Of a stretch of 64,000 nucleotides of DNA, positions 25,424 to 36,499 are shown piece after piece (within the stretch, counting starts at the first letter, position 1; each line of letters starts with the position of its first letter). The notes under the pieces were generated by a model. It was not told where the DNA came from and ran no database searches. It worked only from the letters and a program-made list of their open reading frames with translations. The position numbers and the translations under genes were made by a program. Source of the stretch: Escherichia coli (GTDB lineage: Bacteria > Pseudomonadota > Gammaproteobacteria > Enterobacterales > Enterobacteriaceae); assembly GCF_030384885.1 (NCBI RefSeq), contig NZ_CP128613.1; one strand, written 5' to 3'.

Positions 25424-27184
25424 ATGACGCAAACATTTATCCCCGGCAAAGATGCCGCCCTGGAAGATTCCATCGCTCGCTTCCAACAAAAACTTTCAGA
25501 CCTTGGTTTTCAGATTGAAGAGGCCTCCTGGCTGAATCCCGTGCCTAACGTCTGGTCAGTGCACATTCGCGACAAAGAGTGCGCACTGTGTTTTACCAAC
25601 GGTAAAGGCGCAACCAAAAAAGCGGCGCTGGCATCTGCCCTCGGTGAATATTTCGAGCGTCTGTCTACCAACTACTTTTTTGCTGATTTCTGGCTGGGCG
25701 AAACCATCGCCAACGGTCCATTCGTGCATTATCCCAACGAAAAATGGTTCCCACTGACCGAAAACGACGATGTACCAGAAGGGCTGCTCGATGACCGTCT
25801 GCGCGCATTTTACGATCCGGAGAATGAACTGACCGGCAGCATGCTGATTGACCTACAATCTGGTAACGAAGATCGTGGTATTTGCGGTCTGCCGTTTACG
25901 CGCCAGTCCGACAATCAGATCGTTTATATTCCGATGAATATCATTGGTAACCTGTACGTTTCTAACGGTATGTCCGCTGGCAATACCCGAAACGAAGCAC
26001 GCGTTCAGGGGTTGTCCGAAGTTTTCGAACGCTACGTGAAAAACCGCATTATTGCTGAAAGCATCAGCCTGCCAGAGATCCCGGCAGACGTGCTGGCGCG
26101 TTATCCAGCGGTGGTTGAAGCGATCGAAACACTGGAAGCGGAAGGTTTCCCGATCTTCGCTTATGATGCCTCGCTTGGCGGCCAGTATCCGGTGATCTGC
26201 GTGGTACTGTTCAATCCAGCTAACGGTACCTGCTTTGCCTCTTTCGGTGCGCATCCTGATTTTGGCGTAGCACTGGAACGTACCGTGACCGAGCTGCTGC
26301 AAGGTCGTGGCCTGAAAGATTTGGATGTGTTTACTCCGCCAACCTTTGATGATGAAGAAGTTGCTGAACATACCAACCTCGAAACGCACTTTATCGATTC
26401 CAGCGGTTTAATCTCCTGGGACCTGTTCAAGCAGGATGCCGATTATCCGTTTGTGGACTGGAGCTTCTCAGGCACCACGGAAGAAGAGTTTGCTACGCTG
26501 ATGGCTATCTTCAACAAAGAAGATAAAGAAGTTTATATTGCCGATTACGAGCATCTGGGCGTTTATGCTTGCCGTATTATCGTGCCTGGCATGTCCGATA
26601 TTTATCCGGCTGAAGATCTGTGGCTGGCGAATAACAGTATGGGCAGCCATTTACGTGAAACGATTCTTTCGTTACCAGGCAGCGAGTGGGAAAAAGAAGA
26701 TTACCTGAACCTCATCGAGCAACTGGATGAAGAAGGTTTTGATGACTTTACCCGCGTGCGTGAGCTATTGGGTCTGGCAACCGGGCCGGATAACGGCTGG
26801 TACACTCTGCGTATCGGTGAATTAAAGGCTATGCTGGCGCTGGCTGGTGGCGATCTGGAACAGGCTCTGGTCTGGACTGAATGGACGATGGAATTTAACT
26901 CATCAGTGTTCAGTCCGGAACGCGCCAACTATTATCGCTGTCTGCAAACGTTGTTATTACTGGCACAGGAAGAAGACCGCCAACCACTGCAATATCTGAA
27001 TGCCTTCGTTCGTATGTATGGCGCAGATGCCGTAGAAGCCGCCAGTGCGGCAATGAGCGGTGAATCGGCGTTTTATGGCTTGCAACCCGTAGATAGCGAT
27101 CTGCACGCGTTTGCTGCACATCAGTCGTTGTTGAAGGCCTACGAAAAGCTGCAACGCGCCAAAGCAGCATTCTGGGCAAAATAA
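25424..27184 (+). CDS. ycaO: YcaO-domain protein (ribosomal protein S12 methylthiotransferase accessory factor)
   Basis: Track ORF starts at TTG 25391; start taken at ATG 25424 (MTQTFIPGKDAALEDS..., 586 aa). Confidence 0.9.
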   Translation: MTQTFIPGKDAALEDSIARFQQKLSDLGFQIEEASWLNPVPNVWSVHIRDKECALCFTNGKGATKKAALASALGEYFERLSTNYFFADFWLGETIANGPFVHYPNEKWFPLTENDDVPEGLLDDRLRAFYDPENELTGSMLIDLQSGNEDRGICGLPFTRQSDNQIVYIPMNIIGNLYVSNGMSAGNTRNEARVQGLSEVFERYVKNRIIAESISLPEIPADVLARYPAVVEAIETLEAEGFPIFAYDASLGGQYPVICVVLFNPANGTCFASFGAHPDFGVALERTVTELLQGRGLKDLDVFTPPTFDDEEVAEHTNLETHFIDSSGLISWDLFKQDADYPFVDWSFSGTTEEEFATLMAIFNKEDKEVYIADYEHLGVYACRIIVPGMSDIYPAEDLWLANNSMGSHLRETILSLPGSEWEKEDYLNLIEQLDEEGFDDFTRVRELLGLATGPDNGWYTLRIGELKAMLALAGGDLEQALVWTEWTMEFNSSVFSPERANYYRCLQTLLLLAQEEDRQPLQYLNAFVRMYGADAVEAASAAMSGESAFYGLQPVDSDLHAFAAHQSLLKAYEKLQRAKAAFWAK

Positions 27185-27192
27185 AATCAAAT

Positions 27193-27211
27193 AGCCTACG
27201 CAATGTAGGCT
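27193..27211 (+). terminator. Putative hairpin terminator downstream of ycaO
   Basis: agcctac-gcaat-gtaggct hairpin 9 nt after the ycaO stop; the T-tract is weak. Confidence 0.45.
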
Positions 27212-27515
27212 TAATGATTCGTCTGAGTTATATTACGGGGCGTTTTTTTAATGCCCCGCTTTACATATATTTGCATTAATAAAATAATTGTAATTATAAA
27301 GTTAAATATAGGTAATTTGTATTTAATAAATACGATCGATATTGTTACTTTATTCGCCTGGTGCTCCCTTTTAATTAACTGTTTTAGCGGAGGATGCGGA
27401 AAAAATTCAACTCATTTGTTAATTTTTAAAATTTATTTTTATTTGGATAATCAAATATTTACTCCGTATTTGCATAAAAACCATGCGAGTTACGGGCCTA
27501 TAAGCCAGGCGAGAT

Positions 27516-27529
27516 ATGATCTATATCAA
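27516..27529 (+). promoter_or_regulatory. FNR-type binding site in the focA-pflB promoter region
   Basis: aTGATctatATCAA matches the FNR consensus TTGAT-N4-ATCAA at 9 of 10 positions; a TAGTAT -10-like hexamer at 27552..27557 puts the site near -41.5 of a start about 26 nt upstream of the focA GTG. Confidence 0.6.
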
Positions 27530-27589
27530 TTTCTCATCTATAATGCTTTGTTAGTATCTCGTCGCCGACTTAATAAAGAGAGAGTTAGT

Positions 27590-28447
27590 GTGAAAGCTGA
27601 CAACCCTTTTGATCTTTTACTTCCTGCAGCAATGGCCAAAGTGGCCGAAGAGGCAGGTGTCTATAAAGCAACGAAACATCCGCTTAAGACTTTCTATCTG
27701 GCGATTACCGCCGGTGTTTTCATCTCAATCGCATTCGTCTTCTATATCACAGCAACCACTGGCACAGGAACAATGCCCTTCGGCATGGCAAAACTGGTTG
27801 GCGGCATTTGCTTCTCTCTGGGGCTGATTCTTTGTGTTGTCTGCGGAGCCGATCTCTTTACTTCCACAGTGTTGATTGTTGTTGCTAAGGCGAGTGGGCG
27901 CATCACCTGGGGTCAGTTGGCGAAAAACTGGCTAAATGTCTATTTTGGCAACCTGGTCGGCGCACTGCTGTTTGTACTTTTAATGTGGCTTTCCGGCGAG
28001 TATATGACCGCGAATGGTCAATGGGGACTAAACGTCCTACAAACCGCCGACCACAAAGTGCACCATACTTTTATTGAGGCCGTCTGCCTTGGTATCCTGG
28101 CAAACCTGATGGTATGTCTGGCAGTATGGATGAGTTATTCTGGCCGCAGCCTGATGGATAAAGCGTTCATTATGGTGCTGCCGGTCGCGATGTTTGTTGC
28201 CAGCGGTTTTGAGCACAGTATCGCAAACATGTTTATGATCCCGATGGGTATTGTAATCCGCGACTTCGCATCTCCGGAATTCTGGACCGCTGTCGGTTCT
28301 GCACCGGAAAATTTTTCTCACCTGACCGTGATGAACTTCATCACTGATAACCTGATTCCGGTTACGATCGGTAATATTATCGGCGGTGGTTTGTTGGTTG
28401 GGTTGACATACTGGGTCATTTACCTGCGTGAAAACGATCACCATTAA
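27590..28447 (+). CDS. focA: Formate channel FocA (FNT family)
   Basis: Track ORF 398 aa is over-extended; start taken at GTG 27590 (VKADNPFDLLLPAAMAK..., 285 aa) preceded by aaagagagag; polytopic membrane protein. Confidence 0.9.
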   Translation: MKADNPFDLLLPAAMAKVAEEAGVYKATKHPLKTFYLAITAGVFISIAFVFYITATTGTGTMPFGMAKLVGGICFSLGLILCVVCGADLFTSTVLIVVAKASGRITWGQLAKNWLNVYFGNLVGALLFVLLMWLSGEYMTANGQWGLNVLQTADHKVHHTFIEAVCLGILANLMVCLAVWMSYSGRSLMDKAFIMVLPVAMFVASGFEHSIANMFMIPMGIVIRDFASPEFWTAVGSAPENFSHLTVMNFITDNLIPVTIGNIIGGGLLVGLTYWVIYLRENDHH

Positions 28448-28501
28448 TGGTTGTCGAAGTACGCAGTAAATAAAAAATCCACTTAAGAAGGTAGGTGTTA
28501 C

Positions 28502-30784
28502 ATGTCCGAGCTTAATGAAAAGTTAGCCACAGCCTGGGAAGGTTTTACCAAAGGTGACTGGCAGAATGAAGTAAACGTCCGTGACTTCATTCAGAAAAAC
28601 TACACTCCGTACGAGGGTGACGAGTCCTTCCTGGCTGGCGCTACTGAAGCGACCACCACCCTGTGGGACAAAGTAATGGAAGGCGTTAAACTGGAAAACC
28701 GCACTCACGCGCCAGTTGACTTTGACACCGCTGTTGCTTCCACCATCACCTCTCACGACGCTGGCTACATCAACAAAGCGTTGGAAAAAGTTGTTGGTCT
28801 GCAGACTGAAGCTCCGCTGAAACGTGCTCTTATCCCGTTCGGTGGTATCAAAATGATCGAAGGTTCCTGCAAAGCGTACAACCGCGAACTGGACCCGATG
28901 ATCAAAAAAATCTTCACTGAATACCGTAAAACTCACAACCAGGGCGTGTTCGACGTTTACACTCCGGACATCCTGCGTTGCCGTAAATCCGGTGTTCTGA
29001 CCGGTCTGCCAGATGCTTATGGCCGTGGTCGTATCATCGGTGACTACCGTCGCGTTGCGCTGTACGGTATCGACTACCTGATGAAAGACAAATACGCTCA
29101 GTTCACCTCTCTGCAGGCTGATCTGGAAAACGGCGTAAACCTGGAACAGACTATCCGTCTGCGCGAAGAAATCGCTGAACAGCACCGCGCTCTGGGTCAG
29201 ATGAAAGAAATGGCTGCGAAATACGGCTACGACATCTCTGGTCCGGCTACCAACGCTCAGGAAGCTATCCAGTGGACTTACTTCGGCTACCTGGCTGCTG
29301 TTAAGTCTCAGAACGGTGCTGCAATGTCCTTCGGTCGTACCTCCACCTTCCTGGATGTGTACATCGAACGTGACCTGAAAGCTGGCAAGATCACCGAACA
29401 AGAAGCGCAGGAAATGGTTGACCACCTGGTCATGAAACTGCGTATGGTTCGCTTCCTGCGTACTCCGGAATACGATGAACTGTTCTCTGGCGACCCGATC
29501 TGGGCAACCGAATCTATCGGTGGTATGGGCCTCGACGGTCGTACCCTGGTTACCAAAAACAGCTTCCGTTTCCTGAACACCCTGTACACCATGGGTCCGT
29601 CTCCGGAACCGAACATGACCATTCTGTGGTCTGAAAAACTGCCGCTGAACTTCAAGAAATTCGCCGCTAAAGTGTCTATTGACACCTCTTCTCTGCAGTA
29701 TGAGAACGATGACCTGATGCGTCCGGATTTCAACAACGATGACTACGCTATCGCTTGCTGCGTAAGCCCGATGATCGTTGGTAAACAAATGCAGTTCTTC
29801 GGTGCGCGTGCAAACCTGGCGAAAACCATGCTGTACGCAATCAACGGCGGCGTTGACGAAAAACTGAAAATGCAGGTTGGTCCGAAGTCTGAACCGATCA
29901 AAGGCGATCTCCTGAACTACGATGAAGTGATGGAGCGCATGGATCACTTCATGGACTGGCTGGCTAAACAGTACATCACTGCACTGAACATCATCCACTA
30001 CATGCACGACAAGTACAGCTACGAAGCCTCTCTGATGGCGCTGCACGACCGTGACGTTATCCGCACCATGGCGTGTGGTATCGCTGGTCTGTCCGTTGCT
30101 GCTGACTCCCTGTCTGCAATCAAATATGCGAAAGTTAAACCGATTCGTGACGAAGACGGTCTGGCTATCGACTTCGAAATCGAAGGCGAATACCCGCAGT
30201 TTGGTAACAACGACCCGCGTGTAGATGACCTGGCGGTTGACCTGGTAGAACGTTTCATGAAGAAAATTCAGAAACTGCACACCTACCGTGACGCAATCCC
30301 GACTCAGTCTGTTCTGACCATCACTTCTAACGTTGTGTATGGTAAGAAAACTGGTAACACCCCAGACGGTCGTCGTGCTGGCGCGCCGTTCGGACCGGGT
30401 GCTAACCCGATGCACGGTCGTGACCAGAAAGGTGCTGTAGCATCTCTGACTTCCGTTGCTAAACTGCCGTTTGCTTACGCTAAAGATGGTATCTCCTACA
30501 CCTTCTCTATCGTTCCGAACGCACTGGGTAAAGACGACGAAGTTCGTAAGACCAACCTGGCTGGTCTGATGGATGGTTACTTCCACCACGAAGCATCCAT
30601 CGAAGGTGGTCAGCACCTGAACGTTAACGTGATGAACCGTGAAATGCTGCTCGACGCGATGGAAAACCCGGAAAAATATCCGCAGCTGACCATCCGTGTA
30701 TCTGGCTACGCAGTACGTTTCAACTCGCTGACTAAAGAACAGCAGCAGGACGTTATTACTCGTACCTTCACTCAATCTATGTAA
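28502..30784 (+). CDS. pflB: Pyruvate formate-lyase (glycyl radical enzyme)
   Basis: 760-aa ORF; C-terminal glycyl-radical motif RVSGYAV; very strong codon bias. Confidence 0.98.
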   Translation: MSELNEKLATAWEGFTKGDWQNEVNVRDFIQKNYTPYEGDESFLAGATEATTTLWDKVMEGVKLENRTHAPVDFDTAVASTITSHDAGYINKALEKVVGLQTEAPLKRALIPFGGIKMIEGSCKAYNRELDPMIKKIFTEYRKTHNQGVFDVYTPDILRCRKSGVLTGLPDAYGRGRIIGDYRRVALYGIDYLMKDKYAQFTSLQADLENGVNLEQTIRLREEIAEQHRALGQMKEMAAKYGYDISGPATNAQEAIQWTYFGYLAAVKSQNGAAMSFGRTSTFLDVYIERDLKAGKITEQEAQEMVDHLVMKLRMVRFLRTPEYDELFSGDPIWATESIGGMGLDGRTLVTKNSFRFLNTLYTMGPSPEPNMTILWSEKLPLNFKKFAAKVSIDTSSLQYENDDLMRPDFNNDDYAIACCVSPMIVGKQMQFFGARANLAKTMLYAINGGVDEKLKMQVGPKSEPIKGDLLNYDEVMERMDHFMDWLAKQYITALNIIHYMHDKYSYEASLMALHDRDVIRTMACGIAGLSVAADSLSAIKYAKVKPIRDEDGLAIDFEIEGEYPQFGNNDPRVDDLAVDLVERFMKKIQKLHTYRDAIPTQSVLTITSNVVYGKKTGNTPDGRRAGAPFGPGANPMHGRDQKGAVASLTSVAKLPFAYAKDGISYTFSIVPNALGKDDEVRKTNLAGLMDGYFHHEASIEGGQHLNVNVMNREMLLDAMENPEKYPQLTIRVSGYAVRFNSLTKEQQQDVITRTFTQSM

Positions 30785-30825
30785 TTAGTTTTGACTGAAA
30801 TCGTACAGTAAAAAGCGTACAATAA

Positions 30826-30852
30826 AGGCTCCACGAAAGTGGGGCCTTTTTT
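30826..30852 (+). terminator. Intrinsic terminator downstream of pflB
   Basis: Hairpin aggctccac-gaaa-gtggggcct followed by TTTTTT; a second gagagcc-TTTTTT element follows immediately. Confidence 0.75.
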
Positions 30853-30975
30853 AGCACGAGAGCCTTTTTTGTCAGCTATCTATACTTTAAGGTGACTGCC
30901 AAAACAGACTCGACGTAGCCTTCGAGCTGCGCACCAACACGGCCTCAGATGGGCCACATCTGGAGAAACACCGCA

Positions 30976-31716
30976 ATGTCAGTTATTGGTCGCATTCACT
31001 CCTTTGAATCCTGTGGAACCGTAGACGGCCCGGGTATTCGCTTTATCACCTTTTTCCAGGGCTGCCTGATGCGCTGCCTGTATTGTCATAACCGCGACAC
31101 CTGGGACACGCATGGCGGTAAAGAAGTTACCGTTGAAGATTTGATGAAGGAAGTGGTGACCTATCGCCACTTTATGAACGCTTCCGGCGGCGGCGTTACC
31201 GCATCCGGCGGTGAAGCAATCCTGCAAGCTGAGTTTGTTCGTGACTGGTTCCGCGCCTGCAAAAAAGAAGGCATTCATACCTGTCTGGATACCAACGGTT
31301 TTGTTCGTCGTTACGATCCGGTGATTGATGAACTGCTGGAAGTAACCGACCTGGTAATGCTCGATCTCAAACAGATGAACGACGAGATCCACCAAAATCT
31401 GGTTGGAGTTTCCAACCACCGCACGCTGGAGTTTGCTAAATATCTGGCGAATAAAAATGTGAAGGTGTGGATCCGCTACGTTGTTGTCCCTGGCTGGTCT
31501 GACGATGACGATTCAGCGCATCGCCTCGGTGAATTTACCCGTGATATGGGCAACGTTGAGAAAATCGAGCTTCTCCCCTACCACGAGCTGGGCAAACACA
31601 AATGGGTGGCGATGGGTGAAGAATACAAACTTGATGGTGTTAAACCACCGAAGAAAGAGACCATGGAACGCGTGAAAGGCATTCTTGAGCAGTACGGTCA
31701 CAAGGTAATGTTCTAA
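30976..31716 (+). CDS. pflA: Pyruvate formate-lyase activating enzyme (radical SAM)
   Basis: Track ORF 255 aa; start taken at ATG 30976 ([20 protein letters not shown], 246 aa) preceded by GGAG; CxxxCxxC motif CLMRCLYC. Confidence 0.95.
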   Translation: MSVIGRIHSFESCGTVDGPGIRFITFFQGCLMRCLYCHNRDTWDTHGGKEVTVEDLMKEVVTYRHFMNASGGGVTASGGEAILQAEFVRDWFRACKKEGIHTCLDTNGFVRRYDPVIDELLEVTDLVMLDLKQMNDEIHQNLVGVSNHRTLEFAKYLANKNVKVWIRYVVVPGWSDDDDSAHRLGEFTRDMGNVEKIELLPYHELGKHKWVAMGEEYKLDGVKPPKKETMERVKGILEQYGHKVMF

Positions 31717-31726
31717 TTTCCCCGTA

Positions 31727-31757
31727 AAGCGGCAACTTTATTGAGTTGCCGCTTTGT
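31727..31757. terminator. Hairpin terminator between convergent pflA and ycaK
   Basis: gcggcaac-tttattga-gttgccgc stem followed by TTTG; lies between two convergent stops. Confidence 0.65.
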
Positions 31758-31797
31758 TATTCCGCGCTTCATTCTGCTACAGCGTTTTTAACACATC

Positions 31798-32388
31798 TTA
31801 TAGTGCATCTACCATATCCCGTACCTGAGATAATAACGACTGATAATAGCTCGCGTGAAGTTCTTCCCCATCGAATACCACTGTATTACACAAGAAAGTG
31901 ACATCGGCATCTTCAATACCAAGATAACTGCACATATTTATCAAATATTCGCTTATATTTTTTTCCCAGCCCATCTGGACAAATGATTCTTTGTCTCCTC
32001 CAACCAGCGCCACCCAACGAACTTTATTGAATGGTAATTTGTGCCCATCTCCATAAGCCAGCCCATTATTCCATACTCTGTCAATATATCCTTTTAGCAT
32101 TGCTGGGAAGCTGTACCACCAGAGAGGAAAAACCACCACTAACGTGTCATGTTCAAGCAGCTCTGAATAAAGCTGATGAACCTCTGGAGAATAACGTTTA
32201 TCCATATTCTTCCAGTCTGGTTCATCTTCCGGCGTCATCACCGGGTTGAAATTACGCCGATATAAATCGAGTTCCGTCACCTGTATTTTCCGCTCCATTG
32301 CCCGCTGATGGATCGCATCAGCAATATGTGCGGTCAATGAATCATGACGAGGATGGGCCCATACCAAATAAATACGTTCAGACTGCAT
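31798..32388 (-). CDS. ycaK: Flavodoxin-like NAD(P)H-dependent oxidoreductase family protein YcaK
   Basis: 196-aa ORF; GGAGG upstream; diverges from the LysR gene ycaN. Confidence 0.85.
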   Translation of the reverse strand: MQSERIYLVWAHPRHDSLTAHIADAIHQRAMERKIQVTELDLYRRNFNPVMTPEDEPDWKNMDKRYSPEVHQLYSELLEHDTLVVVFPLWWYSFPAMLKGYIDRVWNNGLAYGDGHKLPFNKVRWVALVGGDKESFVQMGWEKNISEYLINMCSYLGIEDADVTFLCNTVVFDGEELHASYYQSLLSQVRDMVDAL

Positions 32389-32487
32389 AATTTTACCTCC
32401 ACGTTAAGTTCTGGAGCGCACTTTACGCAGGCGGCATCATCCTGTAAACGTGATGATTCAGGATGAGTTAATGAAGGATTTTCACTA

Positions 32488-33396
32488 ATGCGGATGAATA
32501 TGTCTGACTTTGCCACTTTCTTTGCCGTGGCCCGTAATCAAAGCTTTCGCGCAGCAGGCGATGAGTTAGGCTTATCTTCGTCCGCCATTAGCCATAGTAT
32601 TAAAACACTGGAACAACGTCTTAAAATTCGCTTATTCAATCGGACAACCCGAAGCGTATCGTTAACGGAAGCGGGTTCTAATCTCTATGAACGATTGCGC
32701 CCAGCTTTCGACGAAATTCAGATCATGTTAGATGAGATGAATGATTTTCGTCTGACACCGACAGGTACGCTCAAAATCAATGCCGCCCGGGTAGCTGCAC
32801 GTATATTTTTAATGCCTTTACTGGTTGGTTTCACACGTGAATATCCTGATATTAAAGTCGAGCTCACAACTGACGACTCTCTTGTTGATATCGTCCAGCA
32901 GGGCTTTGACGCTGGCGTTCGACTTAGTGGCATCGTCGAAAAAGATATGATCAGCGTGGCGATCGGCCCGCCAGTGAAATTATGTGTAGCAGCAACGCCA
33001 GAGTACTTTGCAAGATATGGCAAACCCCGCCATCCTCATGATCTGCTTAATCATCAATGTGTTGTTTTTCGTTATCCCAGCGGCAAACCTTTCCACTGGC
33101 AATTTGCAAAGGAGCTGGAAATTGCTGTCGCAGGAAATATCATTCTGGATGATGTTGATGCTGAACTGGATGCCGTTTTGATGGGTGCTGGTATCGGGTA
33201 TCTGCTCTATGAACAGATCAAGGAGTACCTTGATACCGGTCGTTTAGAATGTGTACTGGAAGACTGGATCACAGAGCGTCCAGGCTTCCAGATCTATTAC
33301 CCAAACCGCCAGTATATGTCCTGCGGCTTGCGCGCATTTCTCGATTATGTAAAAACGGGTCAGATCTGCCAGAGTCAGCGTCACCGACCACAATAA
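32488..33396 (+). CDS. ycaN: LysR-family transcriptional regulator YcaN
   Basis: 302-aa ORF; N-terminal helix-turn-helix region and LysR substrate-binding domain. Confidence 0.88.
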   Translation: MRMNMSDFATFFAVARNQSFRAAGDELGLSSSAISHSIKTLEQRLKIRLFNRTTRSVSLTEAGSNLYERLRPAFDEIQIMLDEMNDFRLTPTGTLKINAARVAARIFLMPLLVGFTREYPDIKVELTTDDSLVDIVQQGFDAGVRLSGIVEKDMISVAIGPPVKLCVAATPEYFARYGKPRHPHDLLNHQCVVFRYPSGKPFHWQFAKELEIAVAGNIILDDVDAELDAVLMGAGIGYLLYEQIKEYLDTGRLECVLEDWITERPGFQIYYPNRQYMSCGLRAFLDYVKTGQICQSQRHRPQ

Positions 33397-34827
33397 TTAT
33401 TTGCTATTCGCTTTACGCGCCAGCAGCGGGAATATCAGCCCTAATCCCACCAGCACAAACGGCGTTGCAACATTCAGCGCCAACTGGAATGTCCACTCTG
33501 CGGTGAAGGCTTCCATTTTCGGGAAAATACCCGTCAGGCAGGCAAAAGCGGTAAAGGCAAAACACCAAATTCCGACGGTCATTGCCAGCGGCTTATTACG
33601 AATAAAAACATATTCCGGCTTATATTTCTGCGCCAGGCGAACAACTGCAATAAATGCAACAAATACCCATAAATAACGCAGCGGCATCACTACCGAGTTA
33701 AGGTTCAACAGCCATTTATAGAGATTGTTCATATCACCGATGCCGAGAGTCGGCAGCATAATCAGGATCGCCACCAGCACCAGGGTCAGAAAATAGCCAT
33801 TAACGGGCGTACCAGATGCGTTGGTACGACATAAACTGGCAGGAATATATTTGCTGTCAGCATCGCCTAATAATACTTTAAGCGGCGCATCAATCGAGAA
33901 TACCAGCGCAGCTACTTGACCCAGAGTATTCGCAATGGCGTAAATCACCATTAAAGTATTACCCATGCTGTAATACTCGCCCAGCTTCTGGAAGGCGTAA
34001 TACTGGCCGTTGGTCATTAAGTCATCGGGAATATTGCGGGAGTCAAACATCATCCCCATTGCAAGCGATCCAAGGATCGCGCACACCGCAACCATCACCG
34101 CCAGGCATAACATCCCTTTTGGAAATTCTTTTCCTGGGTTGCGCGTTTGATTAACGTAGGGAGAAATCTTCTCTGCTCCACCAACCGCAAAGACCAGCAT
34201 TGAAATAGTGGTAATGTAGGTAAAGTCGATATGAGGAATAAACGTTTCCCAGGTAATGTTTGTGGTCGCAATATGCACTTCAGTAATCGCAGGCGCGGTT
34301 ACCGCCATCGCCACATACAGGAGCGACATAACAAACATCGCAATCCCTGCCACAGAACCGACGATTTTCAGCGATTTCATACCGCGTGAAGCAACCCACA
34401 TAAAGAAGACAAACAGCACCAGCGTTAACCCCTGTAACGCTACGACTGAATATTCTTTGATTAGCGAACCGTCGCCTTTCATCGCCCAACCGAGCGCAAT
34501 CAGTATTGCCTGGGGTTTTTGTGCCAGATAGGGAATATGCACTACCCAGTAGGTCCACGCGGCGAGGTAAGCCAGTCCGGGTCCCATCGTGTGTTTAATC
34601 CAGGTACTGACCCCGCCCTTCCCATCTTTGAAGGTCGAGCCTAACTGACCAACAATTAGCGCATAAGGTGTGAAATAGAGCGCAAAGATAAACACCCATG
34701 AAAAAACAACCACCAGCCCCTGGTTGGCGTAGTTATTAACAACGTTGCCAAAACCCCAGACAGTGATAAAAGACATCAGCGCAATGTTGTACCATCGCAG
34801 CTGTTTTTCCTGAACATTCCCAGCCAT
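33397..34827 (-). CDS. ycaM: APC-family amino acid/polyamine transporter YcaM
   Basis: Track ORF 540 aa; start taken at ATG 34827 (MAGNVQEKQLRWYNIALMSF, 476 aa); polytopic membrane protein. Confidence 0.83.
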   Translation of the reverse strand: MAGNVQEKQLRWYNIALMSFITVWGFGNVVNNYANQGLVVVFSWVFIFALYFTPYALIVGQLGSTFKDGKGGVSTWIKHTMGPGLAYLAAWTYWVVHIPYLAQKPQAILIALGWAMKGDGSLIKEYSVVALQGLTLVLFVFFMWVASRGMKSLKIVGSVAGIAMFVMSLLYVAMAVTAPAITEVHIATTNITWETFIPHIDFTYITTISMLVFAVGGAEKISPYVNQTRNPGKEFPKGMLCLAVMVAVCAILGSLAMGMMFDSRNIPDDLMTNGQYYAFQKLGEYYSMGNTLMVIYAIANTLGQVAALVFSIDAPLKVLLGDADSKYIPASLCRTNASGTPVNGYFLTLVLVAILIMLPTLGIGDMNNLYKWLLNLNSVVMPLRYLWVFVAFIAVVRLAQKYKPEYVFIRNKPLAMTVGIWCFAFTAFACLTGIFPKMEAFTAEWTFQLALNVATPFVLVGLGLIFPLLARKANSK

Positions 34828-35036
34828 AGACAAATCCTTCGCCAAAATTAAAGGGGCATCTGTAAAACGAGGGATTATGCGCGGCAAATAAGAAGTGCGG
34901 AAATAGCGAAATGCAAAATTATAACCTGCTGCACATTTTATTTTGAAACGAATAAAATTTTGAAAAAAGCAAGTCAGAGAGAAGAAACAAAAAAGCAGAG
35001 TGTGAAACAGTAAGTTCACACTCTGCGTTAATTCAT

Positions 35037-36185
35037 TTACACGTGAGCAACGGGTTTCGGCGTATGACCGGCGTTGCGAAGCAGCATCAGCAAATAGATA
35101 AACGATACGCTGGCGATCATGATAAACAATAAATTATCGGAGAAATTCTGCATTAGCATGGCAGTAAATGACGGGCCAAGCAGACTTCCCACAGTATAGC
35201 TCAACAGTAAGGCCTGGTTCATCGCCACCAGTTGATGATGTTCAACTTTCTCGCAAGCCCATGCCATCGCCACCGGATATAGCGTAAAGCCAGCGGCACC
35301 GAGGATGAATAACGCTGGGGCCATCGCCGCCTGGCTAAGCATCGCGATACTGCCGAGAATGACGACAAAGACCTGAACACGCAACACCAGCAGTCGACCA
35401 AACTTATCGGCCAGACGTCCAATCGGCCATTGTCCAAGGATACCCGCACTGACCAGTACCGCCATCCAGAAACCAATGCTGGCATTGCTCACCCCTTTGT
35501 GATTGAGGTACAGCGGCATCAGGCCATATAGAGATCCCCGAACGATTCCTGAGATAATGCAGCCATTCACGCCAAGCCGCGCCTGACGGAGTTTTAGCAT
35601 TGACGTAATTGACGTCGAATCATGGTTTTCAGCCTGCTGATTCAGCACACGCGTAAACAACAGCGGTAAGATCCCTGCCAACGTCAAACCTGTAACCCAC
35701 GGCAATACGGACATCAGCTCGGTTGAAACTTTGCTGACCAGTAACTGGCCTAAAAACGTTCCCACGTAATAAACCATCATATACGCAGCAAGCAAACGAC
35801 CACGGTTACGTGACGTCCCACTGCACATCAGCGCGCTCTCAACGACCACCCAAATCATGGCACAGCCGACACCCGCTACAAAACGCCACGCCAACCAGCT
35901 CCAGAAACCAATCATCAGGCCAAGACCTGCACAGCCAGCGGCAAAAATGAAGGAGGCCAGATAATAGCTGCGGTTAAAGCCAATGCGCTTAATGACATAC
36001 CCTGTCAGCAATGTACCGACCAGGTTGCCGGTAAAATAGGATGAGCTGACAACGCCTACCTGCCATGTGGACATATGTTCCTGGGCGAGCCAAAGCGGCA
36101 CGAGTGTATTTAACACTGCGATCGCCAAAGTCAACAAAAGCAGGCCAGACAGCAAAAGCATGACAGGCCGGGTATACGTGGACAT
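35037..36185 (-). CDS. ycaD: MFS transporter YcaD
   Basis: 382-aa ORF with about 12 predicted TM segments. Confidence 0.88.
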   Translation of the reverse strand: MSTYTRPVMLLLSGLLLLTLAIAVLNTLVPLWLAQEHMSTWQVGVVSSSYFTGNLVGTLLTGYVIKRIGFNRSYYLASFIFAAGCAGLGLMIGFWSWLAWRFVAGVGCAMIWVVVESALMCSGTSRNRGRLLAAYMMVYYVGTFLGQLLVSKVSTELMSVLPWVTGLTLAGILPLLFTRVLNQQAENHDSTSITSMLKLRQARLGVNGCIISGIVRGSLYGLMPLYLNHKGVSNASIGFWMAVLVSAGILGQWPIGRLADKFGRLLVLRVQVFVVILGSIAMLSQAAMAPALFILGAAGFTLYPVAMAWACEKVEHHQLVAMNQALLLSYTVGSLLGPSFTAMLMQNFSDNLLFIMIASVSFIYLLMLLRNAGHTPKPVAHV

Positions 36186-36499
36186 GAATTAAAACCGTGA
36201 GGAAGTTCAAATTTCATGCGCATCATGCCACCGCCAAAAACATTGTCAATGGGTGAAAATACGCGCATATCGCAGCTGAGGTATTATCGATTTATATTAC
36301 TCATTCATAACGCTAATGCTGGAGAGACGATTAATCTCATCTGATTGTTTTTATTGATCTAACACAAATTTCATACGCTTCGTTCAGTCGAAAAATTTCA
36401 TGGTCACAGCAAACTCATATTTCCCGTCTATGCTTTCAGAGCAATGCATCGCGTCTGACCGATTTCAGACGTACCGCTGACTCTCGAAAGGAGAAGAGG

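Noticed and set aside
27251-27589. Upstream extension of the focA ORF (398 aa in the track)
   Set aside because: The extension crosses the AT-rich promoter region and encodes low-complexity sequence. The FNR site and -10 element lie inside it, so translation cannot begin there; GTG 27590 gives the FocA N-terminus.
28523-30775. 750-codon stop-free ORF on the minus strand, fully antisense to pflB
   Set aside because: It is exactly coextensive with pflB and its translation is low-complexity (V/F/T/R-rich) with no recognisable domain. This is the expected by-product of extreme codon bias in a highly expressed gene, which depletes stop-codon reverse complements on the opposite strand. The same applies to the antisense ORFs in rpsA (18886..20025), mukB (1322..2056) and ftsK (46245..46964, 47265..47957).
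34828-35019. N-terminal extensions of several track ORFs (ycaM 540 aa, trxB 353 aa, ycaI 780 aa, lrp 182 aa, dmsC 308 aa, clpA 763 aa, macA 380 aa, cspD 84 aa, ycaL 262 aa)
   Set aside because: The longest-ORF rule over-extends into upstream genes or promoters. Internal ATGs with a Shine-Dalgarno sequence give N-termini that look like signal peptides, TM segments or conserved motifs, so the shorter forms were annotated.
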